From Planctomycetota bacterium (GTDB lineage Bacteria; Planctomycetota; GCA-002687715; DRQF01), in NCBI GenBank assembly GCA_036479435.1, contig JAZGFI010000267.1:1-43565 (forward strand): DNA of 43,565 nt, read 5' to 3'. Positions within the stretch are counted from its first letter, which is position 1. The number at the start of each line of letters is the position of its first letter. The notes beneath the pieces are model-generated. The model saw only the letters and a program-made list of their open reading frames with translations. It did not search any database and was not told where the DNA came from. This document shows positions 16,687 through 26,594 of the stretch, piece after piece. A program made the translations under genes and the position numbers.

Positions 16687-18071
16687 TAGGGCTTGTCCTC
16701 ATACATCCAGTCGGGGTGGGCGTCATACCACTTGCGCCAACCGCTGCGCGCCGCGTCCGCCTTGGCGTCTTCGTCTTCGACAAAACTAGACACGCCATCC
16801 GGCCTTTTTCCTACAAGCCCGGCCAAGAGCTTTTCAATTGAGGGCGCTTCGGCATCAAAAGCGTCCTCAAGGGCGGTCACCAAAAATGCAACCGTGTCCT
16901 TCCCGTCGGCGGCAAAAAGCCGTCTCGCGCGAACGGACTGCGTGGAGGCCGCCAGCATGAAGATGGCCTCGCCGGTGTCGGGCACTCTGGATGTCAGGGT
17001 CAACCGGTCGCTTTTGAAGGCGACCTTGACCGGACAGGCCTTCTTCTCGCTGCCAACGATCCAAAATTCCTCATCTTCGAGCCGTTGCAGTTGAAACGCG
17101 AATTTGGGTTCAAAGCCCTCGAACTCACATTCCTTAAACAACTGCATGTAGGGGACCGCTTCTTGACCATCCGCCTGGCTCGCGACTTGCACTTTTTGGG
17201 TGACCAAGCGCCCGCGGTAGCCGGCGACCACTCGATCTTGGGCGAAGTAGGCAAGCGCCAAGAGCGCCAGCCCGATGAGCCCTCGCTTTCGCCACAGCGA
17301 CCAGTTCACTGCGGGTCGCTCGGAACCCAGCCCCAGCCAAGAGAGCAAGATGCCGAACTCGTAAAGGAACATGAGGGGGATGGCCATCAGGATCTGCGTC
17401 ACGGCATCCGGTGGGGTCAGCAACGCTGACACGACGAAAGCACCCAAGATGAAATGCCGCCTTTTTTCCCGAAGCAGGTCAATGTCGACGATGTCGAGGC
17501 GCGCGAGGAGCGCCATCACGACCGGAAGCTGAAAAGTCAAACCCAAGACCAGGGTCAAGGCCATGAAAAAGGCCAGGTAGTCGTTCAGGCCAATCCAGTT
17601 TTGCAGCACCGTCGGGTCGCGAAACGACAGCAGGTATTTCAGCCCAATCGGTATCAGCACCGAGTAGCCAAAGGCCACGCCAGCCGTAAAAAGGCCGATC
17701 ATCAGCGGTGCGTAGCGAAAAACCCATTTGCGCTCGTTGCGATAAAGGCCGACCGAAACAAATGACCAGGCTTGCCAAATCCAAACCGGAGCCGCGACCA
17801 AGAGGGCGACGACGATGGAGACTTTCATGTAGGAGAAAAAAGCATCCGTCGGCTTAATGAGCTGCAGCACCGCCGACATCCGCAGTTCATTGGCGACCCC
17901 GAGGTAGGGAGCAATGACGACTCGCAAGACTTCTTGGTGAAAGTAGAAAACGACGATGAAGCAAAGCAAGGTCGCATAGAGCGAGCGAACAAGGCGCGAG
18001 CGGAGTTCTTCGAGATGATCGCCAAAGCTCATCTCGCCTTCGTCTTGTAGTCTGCGTCTTAGTTCCGTCAT
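16686..18071 (-). CDS. tatC: Twin-arginine translocase TatC with an extra TM helix and ~185-aa C-terminal domain
   Basis: MSFGDHLEELRSRL, Q.W.FV..GLY..ER, FQLPV and LTPPDA..Q...AIP...LYE motifs. It is 461 aa versus about 250 for typical TatC. Confidence 0.93.
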   Translation of the reverse strand: MTELRRRLQDEGEMSFGDHLEELRSRLVRSLYATLLCFIVVFYFHQEVLRVVIAPYLGVANELRMSAVLQLIKPTDAFFSYMKVSIVVALLVAAPVWIWQAWSFVSVGLYRNERKWVFRYAPLMIGLFTAGVAFGYSVLIPIGLKYLLSFRDPTVLQNWIGLNDYLAFFMALTLVLGLTFQLPVVMALLARLDIVDIDLLREKRRHFILGAFVVSALLTPPDAVTQILMAIPLMFLYEFGILLSWLGLGSERPAVNWSLWRKRGLIGLALLALAYFAQDRVVAGYRGRLVTQKVQVASQADGQEAVPYMQLFKECEFEGFEPKFAFQLQRLEDEEFWIVGSEKKACPVKVAFKSDRLTLTSRVPDTGEAIFMLAASTQSVRARRLFAADGKDTVAFLVTALEDAFDAEAPSIEKLLAGLVGKRPDGVSSFVEDEDAKADAARSGWRKWYDAHPDWMYEDKP

Positions 18072-18209
18072 CGACTATTCTCTCGCGAATTCTGGCCAAA
18101 TACGACAGCGCGGCGCGGCAACATCACCTATCGTTCGCCCTATGTTGTACGCCCCAGTCCAACATCCGCCAGCCCCACCCGCCCGCAAACAAAGAAACCC
18201 TCAAACTTA

Positions 18210-18274
18210 GCGTCAGACGAAAACCACTACCCTTTGAAGCTAAGGAGGAAAGGGTGGTGGTTTTCGTCTGACGC
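18210..18274. repeat. 26-bp inverted repeat with a 13-nt loop
   Basis: GCGTCAGACGAAAACCACTACCCTTT / AAAGGGTGGTGGTTTTCGTCTGACGC, with one G-T pair on the + strand. Confidence 0.9.
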
Positions 18275-18341
18275 AAAAGCAAAGGGTCTGGGATTTGTTG
18301 GAGGCGATTGGCGCGGCGTGGGCCGGGCCGGGTATGAAGGC

Positions 18342-18382
18342 AAAAACAAAGGAGCGGCGGACGTTTTGCGTCCGCCGCTCCT
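18342..18382 (-). terminator. Intrinsic terminator after the BRCT/coiled-coil gene
   Basis: 14-bp perfect stem AGGAGCGGCGGACG/CGTCCGCCGCTCCT followed by TTGTTTTT on the minus strand. Confidence 0.85.
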
Positions 18383-18412
18383 CATTGTTTCAGGTCGTCC
18401 GAAGACGGCTGA

Positions 18413-19693
18413 TTAGAACTTCAAGAAGTCTTCTAGGTCTCTGGCCAAGAGCACTTCGATGTTCCAGCGCGTGGCGTTGGTGTAGGCCTCGGTGGCTTGG
18501 AACCAATTGACGTCGGCGTCTTCGCCCAAGTCCGCTTCGGGGTCGGGGTTGTTGCCCAAGACCAAAAAGTCGACGGACGGGGAGAACTTGTCGGCGACCG
18601 TAGCCCCAAAGTCGCGAAGAATCGCGGCTGAGCGCTGGTTGTCGAAGCGGCCCGGCAGGTTGCCGAGGAAGTAGAAGGTGTGTTGACCTTCGGAGTCGTA
18701 GTAGGGATTGGTGATGAAGTCACCGTTTTGAGTGGTGGCTCCATGCTCCACCGCGCACAAGGCGCGACGAGCTTCGATCTTCTTCACCACGACGAAGCCG
18801 TGATATTCCCGGACTCCACCCTTCAGCACGCCGTAGCTGCGAAAGCGCGTGCCCCCACGAAGCTGCTTGTTGCTGCCGATGTCGATCCAGCACATGCCGG
18901 CGCGTTGGTCGACGCTCATGACCTTGCCATCGGGCTCGGCCGAGACGGTTTCGTGGCGCAATGCACCCTTGACCTGACGCACCTCGCGGTCGAGGGTATT
19001 CGTTTTCTCTTCCATCTTCTGCATCGCAGCCTGAGTTTCCGTGAGGCGGGTCTCGAGCGACTCCGTCAAGGAAGTGATCTGGCCTTGAGCCACCACCAAG
19101 TTGTCGTCGGACTGCTTAAGCTGCGTGGCCGCGCGATCCTTGTTGTCGGTCAACTCAGATTCTTTGGCCTGAATGCTTACTGCCTGCTGCTCGATCAAGG
19201 TGTCGTTGGCCTGTTCCGCACTCGTCGTGGCGTTACGAGCCGCAGAGAGATCACGCTTTAGGCGAGTGATCTCTTGACCCTGCGCATCGAGTTTGGCCTG
19301 AATGGGATCCAAGAGCTGCGTGATCGTGGTGACGGACTCGCCGCCACCCGAAAGAGCGCGACCCTCATCGACAACCTTGCGCACGATGCCAACCGCAGGT
19401 GCCACGGTCGTGTCGATCCAAGCGCTGTTGCCTTCGTCATCAAGACCCGTCGGCTCGGGAAACTCGGACAAGCCGAGAACCTTCGTGATGGAATCAATGC
19501 CTCGCTTGTACTCAGTGAGTTTGCCCTGCGATTCCAGAAGGTCGTCTTTCGCGACCACTTCGTTTTTGACTGCTTCCTCGTGGCCTTTGTACTCAGAGAA
19601 CCAAAGTCCCCACCCCACGAGCGCGATTACAAGCGCGCCCACAAAGAAGAGAATGTTGACCGCGCCTCCTTGACGCGAAGAACTGCGCATCAT
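18413..19693 (-). CDS. Membrane-anchored coiled-coil protein with a beta-barrel and a C-terminal BRCT-like domain
   Basis: AGGAGG RBS before the ATG at 19693. N-terminal RQG plus TM helix, long heptad region, IDIGS..L..G motif, then F.F.G.L...ILRDFGATV...SPSVDFLVLG...A..WNIEVL (BRCT pattern). Confidence 0.85.
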   Translation of the reverse strand: MMRSSSRQGGAVNILFFVGALVIALVGWGLWFSEYKGHEEAVKNEVVAKDDLLESQGKLTEYKRGIDSITKVLGLSEFPEPTGLDDEGNSAWIDTTVAPAVGIVRKVVDEGRALSGGGESVTTITQLLDPIQAKLDAQGQEITRLKRDLSAARNATTSAEQANDTLIEQQAVSIQAKESELTDNKDRAATQLKQSDDNLVVAQGQITSLTESLETRLTETQAAMQKMEEKTNTLDREVRQVKGALRHETVSAEPDGKVMSVDQRAGMCWIDIGSNKQLRGGTRFRSYGVLKGGVREYHGFVVVKKIEARRALCAVEHGATTQNGDFITNPYYDSEGQHTFYFLGNLPGRFDNQRSAAILRDFGATVADKFSPSVDFLVLGNNPDPEADLGEDADVNWFQATEAYTNATRWNIEVLLARDLEDFLKF

Positions 19694-19704
19694 CAAGCCA
19701 TGCC

Positions 19705-19864
19705 TCCTGGTTGCAAGTAAAGGAAGGTCATCCCTTCGCCTTGCAATCGTTTTCTCGCGCTCAGGGCGCGAGACTTGGTGTTTCCGTCGTTCCGTCCGAC
19801 CTGGAGTCGGAATCGGTTCCCCGATCGGCAGGATCTGCCGAATCGCTCCGGCACGAGCCCGTCC
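19705..19864 (-). promoter_or_regulatory. Structured 5' leader (five tandem hairpins, 8 GGA motifs)
   Basis: Stems at 19711-19746, 19753-19773, 19795-19811, 19812-19825 and 19825-19841. Confidence 0.45.
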
Positions 19865-20377
19865 CGAAGTGGCTGTAACCATACAGGACCAGCCCGCCGG
19901 GGAAAAGGCTAAGACAAAATCGGCTGCGAAGGCTAAGTCGAGCGGCTCGCGCCCCTTATCACTCGTACTCCCGAAAATGGGCGCAGGGATGCCTCCGGGT
20001 AGCGCCCAGGAGCAAATTTAGACCCAAAAACGATTGATGAAAACGCCGCCGACCTGCTACATTTCGAGCCGGTCGTGCCCCAGTTCGGGGAAGCCGGGGG
20101 GGGGGCCGACATCCGTCAGCCTCTCCTGCTCCTTTGGCAGACCCTTCGTTCAAACGCGGGTCAGCCCCCGAATTTTGCCTTTCTCGCCCCTCCGCGGAGA
20201 ACGCGGTGCGGTCGAAATGGCGGTACTTTCCTGGCACAATCGAAATTCCCACCTAAACCCTCATGATCGAGATTCGGTGAGAACTTCCAAATTCCACTTC
20301 GACTGTCGGAGCGGCAACGTAAGGAATAAGGAACAAACTGGGTGCGGGCCGGGGAAAGCCGCGCTTTAATGCTGTAG

Positions 20378-20460
20378 CCCTCTCCTCAGATCAGATCCCA
20401 AAACCAAACCGATAGACATTTCCTCCACTCTCCTCGATCGCGAGATCCCTCATTTTTCCA
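20378..20460 (+). promoter_or_regulatory. C-rich/G-poor rut-like leader upstream of coaE-rho
   Basis: About 33 C versus 8 G in 83 nt, many YC dinucleotides and no obvious SD. Confidence 0.35.
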
Positions 20461-20477
20461 TGTTGCATGTGCAAACC

Positions 20478-21089
20478 ATGACGATCGTCGTTGGCATCAG
20501 CGGCGGCATTGGCAGCGGCAAGTCGACGGTATCCCGTCTTTTCGCCGAATGCGGAGCCGCGGCGTTGAACGCCGACGAGGCGGCACGTGCCGTGACGGAC
20601 CAGCCCGAGGTGAAGGCCGCGTTAAGAAGACGATTCGGCGACGGCATTTTTGCCGAGGATGGCGGTGTCGACCGGGAAATCTTGGCCTCGCGGGTCTTTG
20701 ACACCACAGACCCGGCCGCAAGTCTTTGGGAACGGACGGCGCTTGAAGCCATCCTGCACCCTGCGGTTCGAGAACACTTGGACCGCCGACTCGCTCAACT
20801 ACGCCTCGATGGCAGGGATCTGGTGGTGCTCGACGTGCCTCTGCTCTTTCAGTCCAAGTACCAAGACGAGTGCGATCACATCGTATTCGTCCAGACAAAG
20901 CAGGAAACTCGGCGGCAATTCGTCGCCAAACGCGGCTGGACCGCGGAGGAACTCGACCGCCGCGAGGCGGCACAGACTCCTCTCGAAGACAAAAAACGCC
21001 AATCAACTGAGATCATTGAGAACGACGGTGATGTCGTTCGACTGCGCGCTCAAGTGCAAGCTATCTTTCGCAAACTCACGGCCGAATAA
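20478..21089 (+). CDS. coaE: Dephospho-CoA kinase
   Basis: [13 protein letters not shown]-loop, [25 protein letters not shown] and IIENDG motifs. The start could be 9-18 nt further upstream. Confidence 0.95.
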   Translation: MTIVVGISGGIGSGKSTVSRLFAECGAAALNADEAARAVTDQPEVKAALRRRFGDGIFAEDGGVDREILASRVFDTTDPAASLWERTALEAILHPAVREHLDRRLAQLRLDGRDLVVLDVPLLFQSKYQDECDHIVFVQTKQETRRQFVAKRGWTAEELDRREAAQTPLEDKKRQSTEIIENDGDVVRLRAQVQAIFRKLTAE

Positions 21090-21103
21090 TACGGAGACTT
21101 TCG

Positions 21104-22756
<1,653 letters not shown>

Positions 22757-22807
22757 TAAGCCACACGGCCATTGTCAGCCCTCTACAGCGCCGACCGCCA
22801 ACAAGAC

Positions 22808-22845
22808 AGCGCCCTAGGTCAAGCAACTCGACCTAGGGCGTTTTT
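22808..22845 (+). terminator. Intrinsic terminator after rho
   Basis: CGCCCTAGGTC...GACCTAGGGCG stem followed by TTTTT. Confidence 0.85.
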
Positions 22846-22872
22846 CGTTGACTGGTACCCGTTCGCGATCTC

Positions 22873-25800
22873 TTAGCGCGGGCGTTCTTGCAGCTGGTTC
22901 CGAAACCAAGCTGCCCACTGAATCTGAGCAACGGACCGGTCTTCAGGCGTAGCATCGCGTCCAACGTTGCCGATTGACGATCCGCGCGCGTCCGCCAGGA
23001 TTTCCTGGGCTCGGAGTCGAAGGGGCCACGAGACGGACTCCAAAGCGTTCAGCATCAACGACAAGACACGATGATCCTTCGTCTCCCCGCGCAGCCAGGG
23101 CCCAAAATCCACGGCTCGGCGCCCGTCCCGCTGGAGCGCGTCAATGAACCAACGATCGGGGCCCTTGGCACCCTCAGCTTTCCACCAGGCGCGCCAGTTC
23201 TCTTGCAACTCTTCGGGGCTGTCGCCCTGCGCCGGCCGAAAAGTCAAAGCCTGTAGTGCTTGGCGCGCCTCTTCCGCAAGCGCGACATCGACAACAAGGT
23301 TGATCAACGCCGGAGCCGCCTCACCGCTTCTAAGCGCCGCCAACTTGAAGGCGGTATTCCTTCGGATAACGGGACTCGGCGATTTCAACAATGGTTGAAG
23401 GATCAGAGCCCGGTCATCGCCGAAGATCTGGCCAGACTCGCGAATCAACTCCGCGGCCAAGTCCAGATCCTCCGTCGTCTTGATCTTTTCGCCCAACAAT
23501 TCGGCGCGGTTCGCTAGCGATGACTCCGAGAGCAGCGCCAGCAATTTTCGCCGTCCCGACGCCGACGATTCTGCGTTGAGCATCTGCATAAGCGCAATGG
23601 TGGCTCTGGGTGACTTGGTGTTGGCCAGTGCCAACCGGGCCGCACTTGCAATTTTGGGTTGCGAGGCAAGATGTTGCAAACGGTCGACGACCGACTCCCC
23701 TCCCAACTCGGCGACAAGTTGAATGGCCTCAATGCTCTTTTCGCTGGGATTTTTCTCGATGTCATCGAGCAAGGCACGGGCGTAGACCGCACGCAGCTCG
23801 GATCTGTTCGCCAATAGCGTCGATAAGATCTTCGCTTGCCCCTCGGTGCCCGCCGTCAATTGTCCGATCACGATCTTGCGAACGTCTTCGCGCGCCAAAT
23901 CCGCGCCGAGTGACCGCAGGCCGGCGTGCTTTAGCTGAAGCTCTTGGTTCTGCAAGGCCAATAGGCGTTCCGACCGGGGACGAAGCTCCAAAAACTTCGT
24001 TGCCCGATGGCCCGTACTGCCGGGCACGACAATGCCATCGCTATTGCCTGCGATCGCGGCAGCTAGGTCAAGAGCCTCCAGAACTCTCTCGGTGATTTCC
24101 GCGCCCTTCATTTGCGCGAAGAAATTCAACAACTCGCGCGTGCCACTGGCTTCGAGGACTTCTTTTCGCGCTAGACCTAAGATCCCCGCTCGTTCGGACT
24201 GAACAAAGCCTGGTCCAGCGCGTCGAAAACTCGCCACGGCCGCACGCCGGGCCGAAGTCGAGAGCCGATCAAAAGCGCCAAGGGCCAGCTTTGCGTTGTG
24301 CATCGCGGCCTCTTCGGGGCTCAAGTTGGCCAGAAGATTGCGATGGCGATGGCGCCAAGTCTCACGATCACCATCTGAATTCGCGTCGTAGAAATGCTGC
24401 CATTGCTGGCTATCCACCAGATCTTGAAGTTCGGCCGCGAGGGTCGAAATTCCCTCGGGGATCGCGGAATGAAACACCGATCGGCGACTCGCTCGATCGA
24501 GGCGAACTTGGATTTCCAAGACATCGCCACTCCAATCAGGGTCGATGCCTGCGCTTGGCATCTCGAAGAATCCGTACTTCACAATTTTGGTTCGAAGCTC
24601 CTGCATCGTCGCCTCTGGGACCACCAGATCACGGCTACTTACCAGCGACGAGGAAGACCGACCCTCGGCTACGATCCGGTGCCGCGCTCCAATTTCGTCG
24701 CCCTTGCGCCTAAAGAACTCCAGCTCAAAGCGCGTCGCGGCAGCAACTGGTACCTCAGAGAGCTCTCGGATCGCCACAAAGGTGCGACCGTTCTTGGACC
24801 ACCATCTTCTCCAATCGGCTCCTCTCGAGCCGAAACTCTCACCGGTGATGTAGGCAACTTTCTCGAAACAGATCTTGCGAACCGATCCGATGTCTCGGAA
24901 GAGATTGCCGCTAGTTGCCGTTTCAATGAGCTTAAAGGGCACCAAGCCGTTTGCGGCTTTCCGCAAGCGGGCGTCAGAACTTCGCCGCGCCAAGTTCGAT
25001 GCCGCAATCGCCGCCGCCGCGTTTTCGAGGCCGCCTCGGACACGCATGAGTTTCAACAGGCGAGTCACAAACTCGGCGTCATCGGGTAGGAGCCGTTTTT
25101 GCGTCCGGTCCTCCGCCTTGGTCAAGGCAATGAGAGCGTAGCTGGAAGCGCGAAAGAGCCCCGTGCGGGCCAGTCTTTGCAACTCAGCATGAGTCTTGGG
25201 GTCGTCGAAATTCGACAAGGCGTCGGCCGCATAAGAAGCCACACGCGGTGAACGATCTCCGAGCCTCGACAAGAAAGGCTCCGCGACCAAGGGGCGGTCG
25301 ATCCGCGACAATATCTGAAGCGCTCGAAACCGTACGAGATCAGTGGGGTGACGAATGAGCGACCGGAGCGCGTCGTCGAATCGGAGATCAATGCGCTTTG
25401 GAATGCTTGAGAAAGCGTCGCGCGCTACGCGTGCCGATGAAGACTCTAAAAACGGCAGTAATGTCGCGGTACCGGCCGTCGAGTCAATCTTGACGAGAGC
25501 ATCGAACCAGATCTTGACCGCGATCTTGTTGCTGACGTCTTTGACTTTCGCCGCGAGAATCGGAAAGGCGCTGGCTTCTTTAAGCTCGCCTAGTGCGTAG
25601 ACCGAACCCGCGCGGACTCGCCAGTCATTGTCTTCAAGAGCAGCCATGAGCTCGGGCACCACGGCACGGCCCGCGATGACCAGCCTCTTCGCTACGTCGT
25701 AGCCACGCGCCGAGGGCCAGCGCTTGAGCTCGTCAATGAGTCGGGCATGATCGCCAACGCGCTTTTTCTCGGCCGGCCTCTTTTGCCGGTCTGCCGCCGC

Positions 25801-25926
25801 TGCGTCCTTTTTATTGATCGGCGGACCAAAAAGCGGCTCCCCCTCCTCTTGGCCTAGAGCCAAGTCGCGGCTCATGAAGATCAAGGTGAAGGTGCACAAG
25901 ACGAGGAGCAAGGTACGGCTAGACAT
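22873..25926 (-). CDS. Exported HEAT/PBS-lyase-like repeat protein (1017 aa)
   Basis: Signal peptide, multiple HEAT repeats (LEDNDWRVRAGSVYALGEL, LGDRSPRVASYAADAL, LLKSPSPVIRRNTAFKLA) and three W..WW/W..WF cap motifs. Confidence 0.85.
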   Translation of the reverse strand: MSSRTLLLVLCTFTLIFMSRDLALGQEEGEPLFGPPINKKDAAAADRQKRPAEKKRVGDHARLIDELKRWPSARGYDVAKRLVIAGRAVVPELMAALEDNDWRVRAGSVYALGELKEASAFPILAAKVKDVSNKIAVKIWFDALVKIDSTAGTATLLPFLESSSARVARDAFSSIPKRIDLRFDDALRSLIRHPTDLVRFRALQILSRIDRPLVAEPFLSRLGDRSPRVASYAADALSNFDDPKTHAELQRLARTGLFRASSYALIALTKAEDRTQKRLLPDDAEFVTRLLKLMRVRGGLENAAAAIAASNLARRSSDARLRKAANGLVPFKLIETATSGNLFRDIGSVRKICFEKVAYITGESFGSRGADWRRWWSKNGRTFVAIRELSEVPVAAATRFELEFFRRKGDEIGARHRIVAEGRSSSSLVSSRDLVVPEATMQELRTKIVKYGFFEMPSAGIDPDWSGDVLEIQVRLDRASRRSVFHSAIPEGISTLAAELQDLVDSQQWQHFYDANSDGDRETWRHRHRNLLANLSPEEAAMHNAKLALGAFDRLSTSARRAAVASFRRAGPGFVQSERAGILGLARKEVLEASGTRELLNFFAQMKGAEITERVLEALDLAAAIAGNSDGIVVPGSTGHRATKFLELRPRSERLLALQNQELQLKHAGLRSLGADLAREDVRKIVIGQLTAGTEGQAKILSTLLANRSELRAVYARALLDDIEKNPSEKSIEAIQLVAELGGESVVDRLQHLASQPKIASAARLALANTKSPRATIALMQMLNAESSASGRRKLLALLSESSLANRAELLGEKIKTTEDLDLAAELIRESGQIFGDDRALILQPLLKSPSPVIRRNTAFKLAALRSGEAAPALINLVVDVALAEEARQALQALTFRPAQGDSPEELQENWRAWWKAEGAKGPDRWFIDALQRDGRRAVDFGPWLRGETKDHRVLSLMLNALESVSWPLRLRAQEILADARGSSIGNVGRDATPEDRSVAQIQWAAWFRNQLQERPR

Positions 25927-26020
25927 TTGGAGATTTCCCTTCGAAGCTGGTCTCGCCGCGTTCCCAAGGAGCGGCGTGAACTTCGACTGTGAATTGGTTT
26001 CGATTTTGAGCGAAGCGAGG

Positions 26021-26566
26021 CTAGTGAAAGTAGGTCGTGATCTTTAGGTCGCCGACTTGATTGTCATGCATCACCAAAAAGTAGTGGCGAGCGTCCTCGA
26101 GTCCGGTTTCCTTGTTGCGATAGTAGACGCGAACCACCACCCCACCCTCACGAAAACCGATCACCTTGGCACGTTTTTTGGCCACATCGGCTTCCAAGGA
26201 CTTGCCGGCAATAGGAGTCCCGTCCAGAAAGTCCTCATAGCTCACGACCTCAAGGCGATTCGAGGCCTGTATCTGACGTCGAAGAGAACTGAGCTTCTCC
26301 CGAAAGGCCTTCTCGAGCGCGTCTTCGGTCTCGTAGTAGCCCTTTTTGCGACTCCCCAGAATAAAAGGGACATCGACAATCTGCATGATGTCTTTGATGT
26401 CTCCGTTAGAAAGCGATTGGTGGAATCTTTTCGCGAGCTCTCGGCTGGAGATCTCTCTAGAGTCATCTTTTTGCTCGCAGGCAGTGACGAACGCAAACGT
26501 CATCGCTATCAAGCCCAAGCAGACCAAAGTCACGAGAGACTCGGGTCGGAACGATCGTGCACTCAA
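26021..26566 (-). CDS. Hypothetical lipoprotein
   Basis: Hydrophobic N-terminus ending in an FVTA-C lipobox; GAGG RBS before a TTG start; co-oriented between recG and the HEAT gene. Confidence 0.75.
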   Translation of the reverse strand: MSARSFRPESLVTLVCLGLIAMTFAFVTACEQKDDSREISSRELAKRFHQSLSNGDIKDIMQIVDVPFILGSRKKGYYETEDALEKAFREKLSSLRRQIQASNRLEVVSYEDFLDGTPIAGKSLEADVAKKRAKVIGFREGGVVVRVYYRNKETGLEDARHYFLVMHDNQVGDLKITTYFH

Positions 26567-26594
26567 TTTGCTTTACCTCGCTTAGATACTCAGG

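Noticed and set aside
19694..19882. N-terminal 63 aa of the tracked 489-aa ORF
   Set aside because: A strong AGGAGG lies just before 19693 and the region is hairpin-rich, so it is better read as a leader.
20096..20105. Intergenic G10 tract as a phase-variable promoter element
   Set aside because: I could not place it between credible -35 and -10 elements.
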